Assembly: GCA_963806535.1 (NCBI GenBank)
Contig: CAWDYC010000005.1
Coordinates: forward strand, 160,001 to 224,000
Length of the DNA stretch: 64,000 nucleotides
Direction: 5' to 3'
Origin: Candidatus Bathyarchaeota archaeon
GTDB taxonomy: Archaea > Thermoproteota > Bathyarchaeia > Bathyarchaeales > Bathycorpusculaceae
The notes under the pieces: model-generated
Told to the model about the DNA's origin: nothing
Databases searched by the model: none
What the model saw: the letters and a program-made list of their open reading frames with translations, nothing else
Position numbers and translations under genes: made by a program
In this document: piece by piece, positions 1 through 10,954 of the stretch
Position numbering within the stretch: the stretch's first letter is position 1
How the letters are laid out: every line of letters starts with the position of its first letter

Positions 1-810
1 CTTACGGTTCCTAAGCCACCGATAACCGTCATTATGAGAGGCAAAAACGAGTTGGCAGGCGAGAAAATTGAATTATCGATAAACTGTATGAAATAAACGT
101 ATAATCCTCCTGCGATTCCAGCAAAGAATGTGCTGATGACAAAGGCTATCAGCTTGTATTTTGCAGTGTTTATTCCAATCATTCGTGCCTCTGCTTCATT
201 TCCATGTATAGCCCTAAAAGCAAGCCCCATCCGCGACTTCATAATCAAATACATAATCGTAATGGAAACTGCCGCAAAAGATATCACTAAAATGTAAAAT
301 GGGTACCCTCCAGACACAAATGTTGGCGTTCGAAAACCGTTTATTCCATTTGTGAAAGAATCAAACTGGCTTGACAAAGTAAAAGCTATCACTGAAAAAC
401 CAAAAGTTACCATAGCCAAATACCATGCTTTTAATCGTACACAAGCCAAACCAATCAGCAAGCCGATTCCTGCAGAAATCAAGCCTCCGATAAGAAGAAC
501 TGAAACCTGAATCAGCAAAGATAAAGCTCCAGATTGGCATTGCGTTAGCACCGAATGCTCCAATTATGGCATTGGAGATTCTGCTTCCAATTATTGCTGA
601 TGAGAAGCCGCCGATGCCTAAGAAAGCAGCGTGTCCCAGTGAACCTTGCCCTGAATTTGCTAGAAAATTCCAGCTTGCCGCATAAATTGAAAAGATAAAA
701 ATTAACGTAAAAACGAACAGGAAGAAGGTGTCAGTTATGAATATTGGAATTAGCGCTAAAACTGCGAAACTTACAACTAAAAATAGAAAGCTTCTTGAAC
801 GCAGGAACAT
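1..810 (-). CDS. livM: Branched-chain amino acid-type ABC transporter permease LivM (frameshifted; runs off window start)
   Basis: ORF 361..810 has SWNFLA..GQGSLGHAAFLGIGGF; another frame continues with KSRMGLAFRAIHGNEAEARMIGINTAKYKL..MTVIGGLGT. Confidence 0.85.
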
Positions 811-836
811 GGTGAGTTTCTGTTTTAGTCGGCATG

Positions 837-1718
837 TTATTCTCCTTTTTCCCCAAATAATCCGTTAGGTCTGATAATGAGGACGACTATTAGCAGTGCA
901 AAAGCAACGGCGCTTGACCAAATTCCTCCCAGAAACAGCGTTGCCAATTGCTCAGTGATGCCGTAGAGCAATCCGCCTACAATGGCGCCTCGTATGCTTC
1001 CTAACCCACCAAGAATGATTATGGCGAATGCTATGATTGTTGGCATTGCTCCAGTTTGGGAGTTAAAAGAGAAAATGATGCCGTATAGTCCACCGGCTAC
1101 AGCGGCTAATGCTGAGCCTAAAGCAAAGGTAATCATGTAAATTCTTTCAACGTTTATTCCCATGAGCATGGCTGTTCTGTTTATTTGGCTGGTAGCACGC
1201 ATTGCTAAGCCAATTTTTGTTTTCCACAGCAGCAAACCAAAACCGACTAGAACAGCAACTACGACGAAAACAGCGACAATGCGGTCATATGTTATGGATA
1301 TGCTTGGAAAACTCAAACTCATGCCGTAAAAGGGGCTTTTAATCTGTTGAGACTGGTCACCCCAAATAAGTAGGGCAGCATTTTCAAAAATGTAAATCAA
1401 GCCGAGGCTAACAAAAATCTCGTTGAGTTTTTCTGTTCCCATGAACCCTTCGAAAAGTGAACCGTTCAATAACTACGCCTAATCCAGCAACTATCGCCAT
1501 TGAGACAAGAATTGCTACATAAGCGTTTAATCCCTAAAGCAACTGAGATGGTCCAGGTAAGATAATGCGCCTATCATTAGAAATTGTCCGTGAGCAAAAT
1601 TGACAAGTTTCATAACGCCGAAAATAATGTTTAATCCAGAAGCAAGCAACATGTAGATGCAGCCGATTGCAACGCCCCAAATTAATGTTAAAACTATTGT
1701 TCCAGCAGTTATGTCCAT
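837..1718 (-). CDS. livH: ABC transporter permease LivH (split by indels)
   Basis: ORFs 1527..1718 (GLNIIFGVMKLVNFAHG) and 837..1469 (GLAMRATSQ..IILGGLGS..RPNGLFG). Confidence 0.88.
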
Positions 1719-1845
1719 GATTCAGTTGTTCCCTCAGTCATTAATCGGTAAACTCTTGGCTTTCTTATTCATCAGCATAACTATTTAAAATGTTTTTTAA
1801 TTTCAAGAAAATAAAAGAAGAAAAATTTTTGGAAGGAAGCTTAGT

Positions 1846-3225
1846 TTAGCTTCCAGGTTGATAGCCTGTTGGCAATCTAAAGTCTGCTTGTTTGAAGTTG
1901 CTTATGCCTGGTACTGATGGCTGGCCAAATTATTTGTGATTCCAGTTGTGTTGGTTTGGCTGTTCCATTTGAGTTGTTCCATGAATGTTACTGGGCCAAT
2001 TTCGTGGTAGTTAACGCCTGTGCTGAATTGTATTTTGCCTGTATGTGGTCATGATGAGTCTTTGGTTCATGTTGGTGTTTTCTATTGCTTGTCGTACTGC
2101 TGCTTTGTCGATTGTTCCAGCATTTTCAATTGCGTTCTTAGCGATGTAGAATGCGTCATATGTGTCAACTCCCATCATTCCTGGCGCTACATGGTAAGTT
2201 TGGTTGAATTTCTGAGAGTATGTCTGTACTGCGGATGAGTATGAAGGTACTTGGAATGGGTCCATCTTTGACTCCAAAAGTTGTCCGTCACCAACGGCTC
2301 CTAATAGATTGTAGAATACTGGGTCTTGGTTGTTTTCAACTGCAATGTAAACGGTCTTTAATCCTACGTCGTTCCATCCCTGCTGGATTACCAGTGGTGT
2401 TATGTCTGGGTTGTCAGCGACAAATACTGCGTCTGGGTTTGCTTGTTTGATTACTGTTAGGTCAGTTTGGAAGGTATTGGATGTAGTTGGGTGTTTTCTG
2501 TCTGCTACGATGTTAATTGGTAGGCTTTCGTTCTGAATCCAGTATTTGGCTGCTTGTTCAACTGCGTTTCCGAAAGAGTCATCACGGTAGTATAGTGCAA
2601 GGCTGAAGTTTCGGTCTGGTGCTACCATCGGCTTCATTTCTTGAGCTAAGAAGTCAACGACTGTTTTTGCGTAGTCATAGGTTGTTGTGCAGTAGTGGAA
2701 CATGTAGCTCATTCCTTCTGCATCGGTGATGCTGTAGGTTCCTGTTGCTCCAACGCCGCCATAGTTGCCTTGTGGTCCTCTTCTGGTAACAAGTTGGTTT
2801 GATGCTCCAGTGATTATGAAGGGAACTTTGTTTTCGATGGCTACTACTTCGTCAGCAAGGGTTGCTGCGCTTCCGTATCCGCCGATGAGCATGTCTACTT
2901 TGTCTGATTGAACTGCTTGTGTTACTGCTGTTACGGCGTCGGCTGGAACTGTGTCTTTTCCGGTGTCAACGGTTACTAAAGTTATGTTGACTTTGGTGTT
3001 CCAACCAGAAACGGAAATTCCGCCTGCATCGTTGATTTCGTCAACTGCCATTTGTGCTGCTTTCTGCATGTCTTGTCCAATTGAGGTAGACATTGGAGCA
3101 ACTAAGCCTATCTTTATGTTTCGTGCGTCAGCTGATGGTGCTGGTTTTGTTGTTAATTCTAAAGCTGCAACTGCTGAAACTGCAATTATTACAACAACTA
3201 TTATAGCTAGTATTTTCTTTTGCAA
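1846..3225 (-). CDS. ABC transporter substrate-binding protein, LivJ/K-like, N-terminal membrane anchor; C-terminus frameshifted
   Basis: IKIGLVAPMS..AQMAVDEINDAGGI..YDAFY..AIENAGTID; other frames continue to KQADFRLPTGYQPGS* at 1846. Confidence 0.85.
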
Positions 3226-3285
3226 ATTTTACATCCTCTCGTTTTTTCTTTGCTATATCAAAGCTAAACGCTTAATAAAATTAAC

Positions 3286-3872
3286 TCATAACACGCTTTC
3301 TCTGCCTAACTGGAACGCTTTTAGGTTTAAACTGATGTATTTTTCTTTAAGTCTGCCCGCTATAGCTTGCTGGAAAGACTTCACTTTAACTGGAATCTCT
3401 GGAAGCGCCGATAAAGCTCCAAGAAGAATCGTGTTCACAACCAGCATGTTGCCCAGTTTTTCGGCTATGCCTACGCCGTCTACTTCATGAACCAACGCCT
3501 TTGACCGCAGAATCTGCCATTAATTCCTCGATTTTTTTGGGTTTAGCACCCGAAACCATGCAGTTTGGCGGAATATACTTCATGTTAACAATTACCGTTG
3601 CCCTTTTTCTTTAGCATTGGAAGCGCTCTTGCGGTTTCCAAGAATTTCAAAACCAACAAGCACATCGGCTTTTCCGGTTTCAATCAGAGGAGACTCAACT
3701 TTGTCGCCGATTCTGTGCATACGCAACAATTGAGCCTCCACGTTGAGCCATCCCGTGAATCTCTGCTTTTGCCACATCAAAACCATCAAGCATAGCGGCT
3801 TCACAGTAAATGTCGCTTAAAACTACGACTCCTTGTCCGCCGACGCCGCTAGAAGACTATGTCAAGCTTCAT
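3286..3872 (-). CDS. iorB: Indolepyruvate:ferredoxin oxidoreductase beta subunit (several indels)
   Basis: ATG at 3872 overlaps the iorA stop; reads [57 protein letters not shown]. Confidence 0.88.
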
Positions 3873-6065
3873 TTTTCTTTTCTCCTTATGGCTTCAAAGG
3901 GGCAGACGTTTTCGCAGACACCACATCCGTAGCAAAGTGTGTGTCGATTTCGGCGCGTTCACCTGTTAAGGCTGATGGCTGGGCAACCGAAGGCTTTCAC
4001 GCATACTCCGCAGGCGTTACATTTTTCTATAACTTCTCGTGGCTTTCCTCTTTCAATTAAGAGTGGGCATGGCTTCTGCGAGATTATGACTGATGGACCA
4101 TTGATAATCCAGAGTTTGTCTTATCGCTTCTGATTGTAGCTTTAATGTCATAGGGGTCAACAACTTCCACTTTTTCTATCCCCAGTCCTTTTGCGATATC
4201 TTGTATTCTAACTATTTTAGCGTCAGCACCCATAGGCGGTTTTTCCTGAACCTGGCGTCGGCTGATGTCCCGTCATGGCAACTATGCTATTATCCATAGA
4301 TAATTACACAGACGTTAGCCTTGTTGTACACTATGTTTAGTAGTCCGGGCATTCCTGCATGGAAAAATGTTGAGTCGCCAATAACCGCGAACACCTTTTC
4401 TTTCACCCCAGCATGAATCATACCTGCAGCCTGAGAAATTCCAGCCCCCATACATAGGCAAGATTGAACTGTGGTTACAGGCGGCAAAACACCAAGCGTA
4501 TAGCAGCCAATGTCGCCTGTGACAATTTTGTCATTTGATTTTCCAGTCAAACTTAATGCGCTTTCTGGGCAAAGCGGAATACATTTTGGGTTTCCGTTGC
4601 ATGTGTCGCAAATCATAACTTTGTGCGTGTTCGGGTGAATGGTTATTGCGCCGTATTGACAGCCTTCTATGCACCAGCCGCATCCGTTGCATTTTTGCTC
4701 ATCAACCAAAATGGCGCCCGATTTTTCATGTCGTGTTATGGCTTTTTCTTGGCAGGCGATGATGCACGGTGCTTCTACGCATGCTTTGCAGGTTACTGCA
4801 GTGTTGAATGTTTGTCCAATCCTGACTGAGCGGATTCTCGATTTTAATGGATTGAAAACTTTTTCTTTTTCAAAAGAGCAAGCATACTCACATACGTCGC
4901 AGCCAACACATTTCTCATTGTCGCATTGAACATGTTGGTTAACCATGTTAAGCGCGTAGTAGAAGGCTCGGTGAGGGCATCCAGGGCAAAGCGCAGGCGG
5001 CCTCGGAGGCAAGTTCAGAAGCTCAGGAATTTCCCCTTTAGAGGTCAAGTGTAAACTTGCAAAGGCTTGACGTACATTATCGGGTGTAAGTTCCCCAATT
5101 TCCTCCAGGCCAAGCTGGTTCTTTCCGACCACGTTTAAACCTAATCGTTGGATATTTTCCTCAAGATAAGGTCTTAGCTCTTCAATTACAATCATTTTTT
5201 TGACTTTAAGAGCAAATCTCCTAACCATTTCTGTGGGAAAAGGATAAACAAACCCTAACTTTAGCCAAGAAAACTTTTTCGTGTCAAGCACTGACCGTGC
5301 ATAATAATAGCCTACTCCGCTTCCTATTATTCCAATTTCGGCTGAATTGTCTTCAATAAAGTTGAATCTTGAATGGTTAACAAGTGTTTTTGCCTCAGCC
5401 ATCTTGACCTCTAAAACTCTATGTTGCCGAATTGCGTTTGAAGGTACCATGACCCATTTTGAACTTTGTTTATCAAATTTGGGTTTTCTTTTTAGATTTT
5501 GCATTCGGCCAAGTTTTACTTTTGCCTTTCCGTGGGCTACTCTTGTGGTTAAGCGTAATATGACTGGTAAATGCAATTTTTCACTTATCTCAAATGCTTC
5601 TTTCGCCATATCCAGCGCTTCTTGGGGACTGCCAGCATCTAGCAACGGCAACTTTGAGTGTAGGGCAAAATATCTTGTGTCCTGCTCGTTTTGGCTACTG
5701 TGCAATGCAGGATCATCGCAGACTGCAATTACCATTCCGCCTTCAACACCTGTATAGGCCAAAGTCATGGCGGCGTCAGAGGCAACATTTAAGCCAACAT
5801 GCTTCATAGAAACAATTGAGCGAACGCCCGCCATTGAAGCGCCTGCTGCAACTTCCGCTGCAACAATCTCATTGGTGCTCCATTCAGCGTAAATGTCAAA
5901 TTCTTTTGCAAAGTCAGCAATAGTTTCCAAAATTTCTGTAGCAGGAGTTCCTGGATAAGATGCTGCAACTTTTACAGTGGCTTCCAATGCTCCTCTTGCA
6001 ACAGCCTCATCGCCGTTTAGCAAGGCAAAACTGCCCGGCTTATCTACTGCAATCTTGGAGGTCAT
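3869..6065 (-). CDS. iorA: Indolepyruvate:ferredoxin oxidoreductase alpha subunit with an inserted 4x[4Fe-4S] ferredoxin domain; 3' part frameshifted
   Basis: GDEAVARGA, YPGTP, MKHVGLNVA, SSQNEQD, CPGCPHR, GDIGCY, GDSTFFH; C-terminal CxxCxxC..CP ferredoxin found in other frames (3869-4020). Confidence 0.92.
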
Positions 6066-6077
6066 AGTTTGTATCCT

Positions 6078-7394
6078 TTACATTTTGCCTTTGCGCAAAT
6101 CTAAAACTCTTTTTGCTTTTCCCTCTGTTCTTGGAAGTTCACCTGGCTTGACGATTTCAACGTCAGCAGATATACCAGTTACAATGTGGATTCTTTTTTG
6201 AATTTCATTCTTTAATGCGTTTTTATCTATCTGAGTGTCTTTTGAGGCTTTCTCGGATAATTCAACCTTAACCACAAAAGTGTCTAAGGCTCCAGGTCTA
6301 TCAACGACGATTAGGTATTGTGTGGCAAGTTCTGAGAAGCACATTACAGCAAACTCTATTTGAGAAGGGAAAACGTTTACTCCGCGAATAATGAGCATGT
6401 CGTCTGATCTTCCATGCACTCGATTCATTCTGGCATGTGTGCGTCCGCATGGACATTTCTCTGGTTGTATTTTTGAGATGTCTCTTGTTCTGTACCTTAG
6501 CATGGGCAAGCCTGTTTTGCTAAGTGTTGTAAAGACAAGTTCGCCTTCTTCTCCAACAGGCAAAACTTCGCCTGTATCAGGGTCAATTGTTTCAACGATG
6601 AAATGGTCTTCTGCAATGTGTAATCCATTGTGCACAGGGCACTCGATAGAGACACCTGGACCACAAAGTTCTGTTAACCCATAAACATCATAGGCTTTGA
6701 TTCCCATGTCATTTTCTATTCTTTCTCTAATTTTGTCTGACCATGGTTCAGCTCCAAACATTCCAATTTTGAGTTTAAGGTCTTTTCTGGGGTCTATTCC
6801 TTCTTGTACCATTGTTTCAGCAAGGTAAACTGCAAAACTTGGTGTGCATGCCAAAATGGTGGCTTCTAAATCTTTCATAAGTTTTATTTGGCGCTGGGTC
6901 ATTCCGCCGCTTGCTGGAATAATTTTGGTTCCAACTTTTTGAGCGCCATAATGAAAGCCCATGCCACCTGTAAACAATCCGTAGCCATAAGCGATATGTA
7001 TAACGTCTTGTTGTCGTCCGCCACAAGTGTAGATGGATCTTGCCATTAATTCTTGCCAAACATCCAAGTCACTTCTTGTGTAAGCGCCGACAATTGGGTT
7101 TCCGGTTGTTCCGCTGGAAGCATGAATCTCACAGATTTCATCAGATTTGACGGCGACCATGCCAAACGGGTAATTGTCTCTTAAATCGGTCTTTATTGTG
7201 AAAGGAATTTTCTGTAGGTCGTCAAGTGAGCGTATGTCTTCAGGTTTTAATCCGATGCTGTCAAATTTTTTCTTGTAAAAGCCGCTATTTTGATAGCAAT
7301 GTTTGACTTGTTCTCTTAATTTTTTCAGCTGAAGCTTTTTAACTTCTTCTGCAGGCATGGTTTCGATTTTTTCGTTCCAGTATTTGCCGTTCAA
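6078..7394 (-). CDS. paaK: Phenylacetate-CoA ligase family protein
   Basis: HASSGTTGNP, YGYGLFTGG, GAEPWS, YGLTE..GPGV, RYRTRD, GRSDDMLIIRGVNVFPSQIE, EGKAKRV. Confidence 0.95.
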   Translation of the reverse strand: MNGKYWNEKIETMPAEEVKKLQLKKLREQVKHCYQNSGFYKKKFDSIGLKPEDIRSLDDLQKIPFTIKTDLRDNYPFGMVAVKSDEICEIHASSGTTGNPIVGAYTRSDLDVWQELMARSIYTCGGRQQDVIHIAYGYGLFTGGMGFHYGAQKVGTKIIPASGGMTQRQIKLMKDLEATILACTPSFAVYLAETMVQEGIDPRKDLKLKIGMFGAEPWSDKIRERIENDMGIKAYDVYGLTELCGPGVSIECPVHNGLHIAEDHFIVETIDPDTGEVLPVGEEGELVFTTLSKTGLPMLRYRTRDISKIQPEKCPCGRTHARMNRVHGRSDDMLIIRGVNVFPSQIEFAVMCFSELATQYLIVVDRPGALDTFVVKVELSEKASKDTQIDKNALKNEIQKRIHIVTGISADVEIVKPGELPRTEGKAKRVLDLRKGKM

Positions 7395-7416
7395 CCGTTT
7401 TTTTCCCTCGCTTTTT

Positions 7417-8121
7417 TTAAAGCCCTAAATACACTTCTTTTATGTGACTATTAGATAAAAGTTCCCTACTTTTTCCTTCTAAAACAATTCTTCCTTCTTC
7501 TAAAACATAACCTCTGTCGGCCACATTTAGCGAGTCATGAATATTCTGTTCCACAAGTACAACCGTGACGCCTTCATCATTGATTGTGCGAATAGTATCC
7601 AAAACTTTTTCCACAATTATTGGTGCCAATCCTAATGATGGCTCATCCAAAATCAACAGTTGAGGATTAGACATTAAGCTTCGGCAGATAACGAGCATTT
7701 GCTGTTCGCCGCCGCTCAAGGTTTGAGCCAAAGCTTTTTCTTTCTTTTTAAGCACTGGAAAAATTTGGTAAACGTTCTCTTTTGTTTCTTTAATCTTCGC
7801 TTTGTCTTTTATTGTGTAGGCACCTAGCATTAGGTTTTCTTCAATGGTCATTCTGGGAAAGATTTCTCTGCCTTCAGGAATCATTGTTAAGCCTTTTTTG
7901 ACTATTTCATATGTCGGCGTTTTCTCGATGTTTTCACCCTTAAACTTGATGGTTCCAGCTTTCGGATGCAGAAAACCCATGATCGTTTTTACAAGAGTTG
8001 TTTTTCCAGCGCCATTAGGCCCGATTATGCTGAGAATTTCTTTCTCTTCAACTTTGAAGGTTACGTCTCGGAGTATTTGCACCATGCCATAAGAAGATGA
8101 AACATTCTCTACTTCTAACAC
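7417..8121 (-). CDS. livF: ABC transporter ATP-binding protein LivF
   Basis: GPNGAGKTT, LSGGEQQM, LDEPSLGLAP, VEQN. Confidence 0.95.
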   Translation of the reverse strand: MLEVENVSSSYGMVQILRDVTFKVEEKEILSIIGPNGAGKTTLVKTIMGFLHPKAGTIKFKGENIEKTPTYEIVKKGLTMIPEGREIFPRMTIEENLMLGAYTIKDKAKIKETKENVYQIFPVLKKKEKALAQTLSGGEQQMLVICRSLMSNPQLLILDEPSLGLAPIIVEKVLDTIRTINDEGVTVVLVEQNIHDSLNVADRGYVLEEGRIVLEGKSRELLSNSHIKEVYLGL

Positions 8122-8123
8122 AT

Positions 8124-8864
8124 TTACTCCTCCTCATTAAACGTAAACTTTTTGCCCAAGTAAACTTTCACAACATTTTCGTCAGAACAGACTTCTTTTG
8201 GTGTTCCTTCGCATATTTTTTCGCCGTGTTGTAGGACGATTACGTGGTCGCATAATCCCATAATTACTCTCATGACATGCTCAACTATGAGCACGGTTAC
8301 GCCTTGTTTGTTAATTTGTTTGATAAGTTCAATAGCTTCGTTAGATTCTGCTGGAGTTAAACCAGTAAGCAATTCATCTAAAAGTAGCAATTTAGGGTTT
8401 GTTGCCAAAGCTTTGGCAAGCTGGATACGTCGTAACTCAACAACATTTAGATTTTTCGCGGGAACATCAAATTTTTCTTTTCCTAATCCAACAAAACTCA
8501 GAAGCTCTTGAGCCTTAGATATGGCATTGATTTTGTTTTGAGATTTTTTCTGATTGAAAAGTACACTTATTAACACATTGTCGACGGCTGTCATTTCTGG
8601 AAAAGATTGCACGGTCTGCGACGTTTTTGTAATTCCTTTTGCGCAAATCTTGTATGGCGGCAACTTGGTGATGTCTTCTTCCAAAAAAACAATTTGCCCA
8701 GAATCTGGGTTGTAAACTCCGCTGATAAGATTTAGCAATGTGGATTTGCCTGAACCATTAGGTCCAACAAGCCCAGTTATTTCGTTGCTGTTTACTGTGA
8801 AATTCACTTTTTTTAATGCTTGAAGTCCTCCAAATTGCTTGGATACTTCGGTGCACTTTAGCAA
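8124..8864 (-). CDS. livG: ABC transporter ATP-binding protein LivG
   Basis: FGGLQAL, GPNGSGKST, LLLLDE, VEHVM, VYLG. Confidence 0.93.
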   Translation of the reverse strand: MLKCTEVSKQFGGLQALKKVNFTVNSNEITGLVGPNGSGKSTLLNLISGVYNPDSGQIVFLEEDITKLPPYKICAKGITKTSQTVQSFPEMTAVDNVLISVLFNQKKSQNKINAISKAQELLSFVGLGKEKFDVPAKNLNVVELRRIQLAKALATNPKLLLLDELLTGLTPAESNEAIELIKQINKQGVTVLIVEHVMRVIMGLCDHVIVLQHGEKICEGTPKEVCSDENVVKVYLGKKFTFNEEE

Positions 8865-9080
8865 ACTTGATTATTCTCCGATTAGCAAGGATTAATCTCC
8901 GTAGAAATATAAAGTTTGGTAAAAATCATGTTTCATCGGGGTAGAAAAAATAATCTCAATCGTAACTTTGGTTGAAGAGAGCGAAGACAGTAATTGCTTG
9001 GAGCTAGAGCACTCCCTATTATCGAGAACAGAATATTATTCTCTTTTTTAAAACATCAATAATGGGTCAATTTTGAGAGT

Positions 9081-9599
9081 TTACGCAATTTGGATTGGTG
9101 CCCAAGTGTTATTCTCCCAGTTATCATAGGGGAATTCGCTTTGTCCGCCCCAGTTAGTCTCAATGTGACGTATGAATGGTTGATTTGTTTGAAAAGCGAT
9201 TGAAATAACAAATTGAGTAACTTTGCTATCGATTGTGAAGTAGACGTTAGTGTAGTTTTCTTCATGGCCCTGCAGATTGTAGTTCAGTTTAATTGTGTTG
9301 CTGTTGATAAATTGCGAGGGCTGATAAGAATTCTCGGAGAAAGTTGCGTTAGTCAACCTTACTATTATGCCAAAGGCACCGTCTAATGAACCCTTGTTTT
9401 GACTGTAAATCCGTGTGAAGGTTTCAGGAAAGCTCATGTTATTTTCATAGTCAACGGTATGCCATTGGTTACCGATTTTTTGATACAAATAAGGGTTAAG
9501 TGAATAGTTAATCGATGCTTCAGAAAAATAAACTGCAGCTATGCTTGCTCCCACTAAGACAGCTATTAAAGCCAAACCCCTGAAGGTTTTATAGTTCAT
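9081..9599 (-). CDS. Hypothetical N-terminally anchored exported protein
   Basis: 172-aa ORF with N-terminal hydrophobic segment and an N/S/T-rich beta-like body. Confidence 0.7.
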   Translation of the reverse strand: MNYKTFRGLALIAVLVGASIAAVYFSEASINYSLNPYLYQKIGNQWHTVDYENNMSFPETFTRIYSQNKGSLDGAFGIIVRLTNATFSENSYQPSQFINSNTIKLNYNLQGHEENYTNVYFTIDSKVTQFVISIAFQTNQPFIRHIETNWGGQSEFPYDNWENNTWAPIQIA

Positions 9600-9655
9600 C
9601 TGATTTTACCTATTATTCTTTGATTTGAACAAGAATATTGAGTTTTTGTGATTTC

Positions 9656-10045
9656 TTAGGTTGTTTGTGGAAAGTGCCGTTTAGCTCGTGTTGCATAGTA
9701 GATGCCGACAACTATTATGATAATGCCGATCGCAACCAGCCAGAAAGCCCCTGCTTCCGGTCCACTTGGAACCCAATGATAAAGAATGTTGGTATAAGCT
9801 GCCACACCGAAGAACACTAAAATTAGCCCTCCTATCAACCAGCCAACCATTCCACCTTGACCCTTTTCGTGTTTCTCCCCTTTTTCCTGCTTTTCGTTTT
9901 TCTCCTGCTTTTCATTTCTATTCCGAGCAGAATATGCTGATGGAGGCGCGCCCTGATAGGTTCCCGTTTTCAATGAAGCTCCGCAATTTGGACAAAAAGT
10001 CATCGTTTCGTCCACTTTATGGCCACATTTTGGACAATACGACAT
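9656..10045 (-). CDS. Zinc-ribbon membrane protein (2 TM)
   Basis: CPKCG..FCPNCG, EKxEKx repeat linker, two hydrophobic helices. Confidence 0.85.
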   Translation of the reverse strand: MSYCPKCGHKVDETMTFCPNCGASLKTGTYQGAPPSAYSARNRNEKQEKNEKQEKGEKHEKGQGGMVGWLIGGLILVFFGVAAYTNILYHWVPSGPEAGAFWLVAIGIIIIVVGIYYATRAKRHFPQTT

Positions 10046-10246
10046 AAAATCTCACCTATTCTATGATTCTCTATAAGAGATTGAGTATATAAAATATTCA
10101 CTGTGTTAAATTGACAAAGGAAAAGCTACATGCAGTATCGCTAGATACACATCCGAAACCATACAAATCTGTCGATAACAAAATTGAATCTAAAGAAAAA
10201 AAATAATGAAAACGATTTGAAAAAACAAGAAATTTGACGAAGAAGA

Positions 10247-10465
10247 TTACTCGCCCCAATCTTCGCCTTCAATAACTAGCTCTTGAAGATCTACGCATCC
10301 ACCTCCATCAGATATTTTCTTGACTTCGAGTTCAAGTCCACAACCGGGACAGCTCAAAACTTCTCCCATTTCTGTGTCGAAAGGAATATTGAGTTCTGAA
10401 TCGCAGTCTGGACATTTGGTTTTGTTAACCATTTTTTGCAAATTTGAATTTGTTGGGCTAATCAT
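10247..10465 (-). CDS. lysW: LysW/ArgW amino-group carrier protein (likely start 10432)
   Basis: CPDC..CPGCG zinc ribbon and C-terminal EDWGE. Confidence 0.92.
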   Translation of the reverse strand: MISPTNSNLQKMVNKTKCPDCDSELNIPFDTEMGEVLSCPGCGLELEVKKISDGGGCVDLQELVIEGEDWGE

Positions 10466-10520
10466 TATCTTTTCACTTTTTTAGGATTAACCTTCTAAAG
10501 AAAAGGAAGCCTATTAAATA

Positions 10521-10540
10521 TTGTGACATTTATGTCACAA
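10521..10540. promoter_or_regulatory. Palindromic operator upstream of lysW
   Basis: TTGTGACAT-TT-ATGTCACAA, next to a minus-strand TATA-like TTTAATAG (10511-10518). Confidence 0.6.
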
Positions 10541-10704
10541 ATTAAGCTATATGTGTTCTATTTGGTACAATTAGCCTTTCTGAATCAGGCAGAAAATCTG
10601 AGACCGATTTCCAGAAGGACATTGAAAAGATCATTAAGCTGTCCAATGTGTATTTGGCAAAGGCGATTTTTTGGATGAATGTTTAGGAAACGTTTAAGTG
10701 GGTT

Positions 10705-10722
10705 GTAAACAGTACTGTTTAC
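10705..10722. promoter_or_regulatory. Perfect 18-bp palindrome; probable toxin-antitoxin autoregulatory operator
   Basis: GTAAACAGTACTGTTTAC lies between the TATA-like TTTAAG (~10693) and the antitoxin start. Confidence 0.7.
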
Positions 10723-10723
10723 G

Positions 10724-10954
10724 GTGGTTTATTTGGCTCAAGTACAATTGCGTCTTCCACAAAAAACACTCGAAGAAATAGACAAATGGGTAGCGGAAGG
10801 CCGCTTCAAAAACCGAAGCGACGCCATAAAATCAATCATCAGCCACTACCAAGAACGCGAAAAAACATGCAACTTCTTTAACATGCTCCTGAAGCGAAGC
10901 GAAGAAGCAAAACAACACCCAGAATCCCTCATCCCCATAGAGGAAATAGAGTGA
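10724..10954 (+). CDS. Ribbon-helix-helix (CopG/NikR-like) antitoxin
   Basis: VQLRLP..LEEIDKWV..GRFKNRSDAIK; overlaps the downstream toxin (GTGA). Confidence 0.85.
   Translation: MVYLAQVQLRLPQKTLEEIDKWVAEGRFKNRSDAIKSIISHYQEREKTCNFFNMLLKRSEEAKQHPESLIPIEEIE

Noticed and set aside
9600-9640. TGTTC-N7-AGAAT-AATAGG upstream of the 9599 ORF, resembling the GTTC operator
   Set aside because: Single box only, and the TATA-like part is ~10 nt from the ATG where it overlaps a likely Shine-Dalgarno; probably chance.
9865-9925. Short repeats as a CRISPR array or VNTR
   Set aside because: They encode the in-frame EKxEKx linker. No CRISPR array or cas gene was seen in the window.
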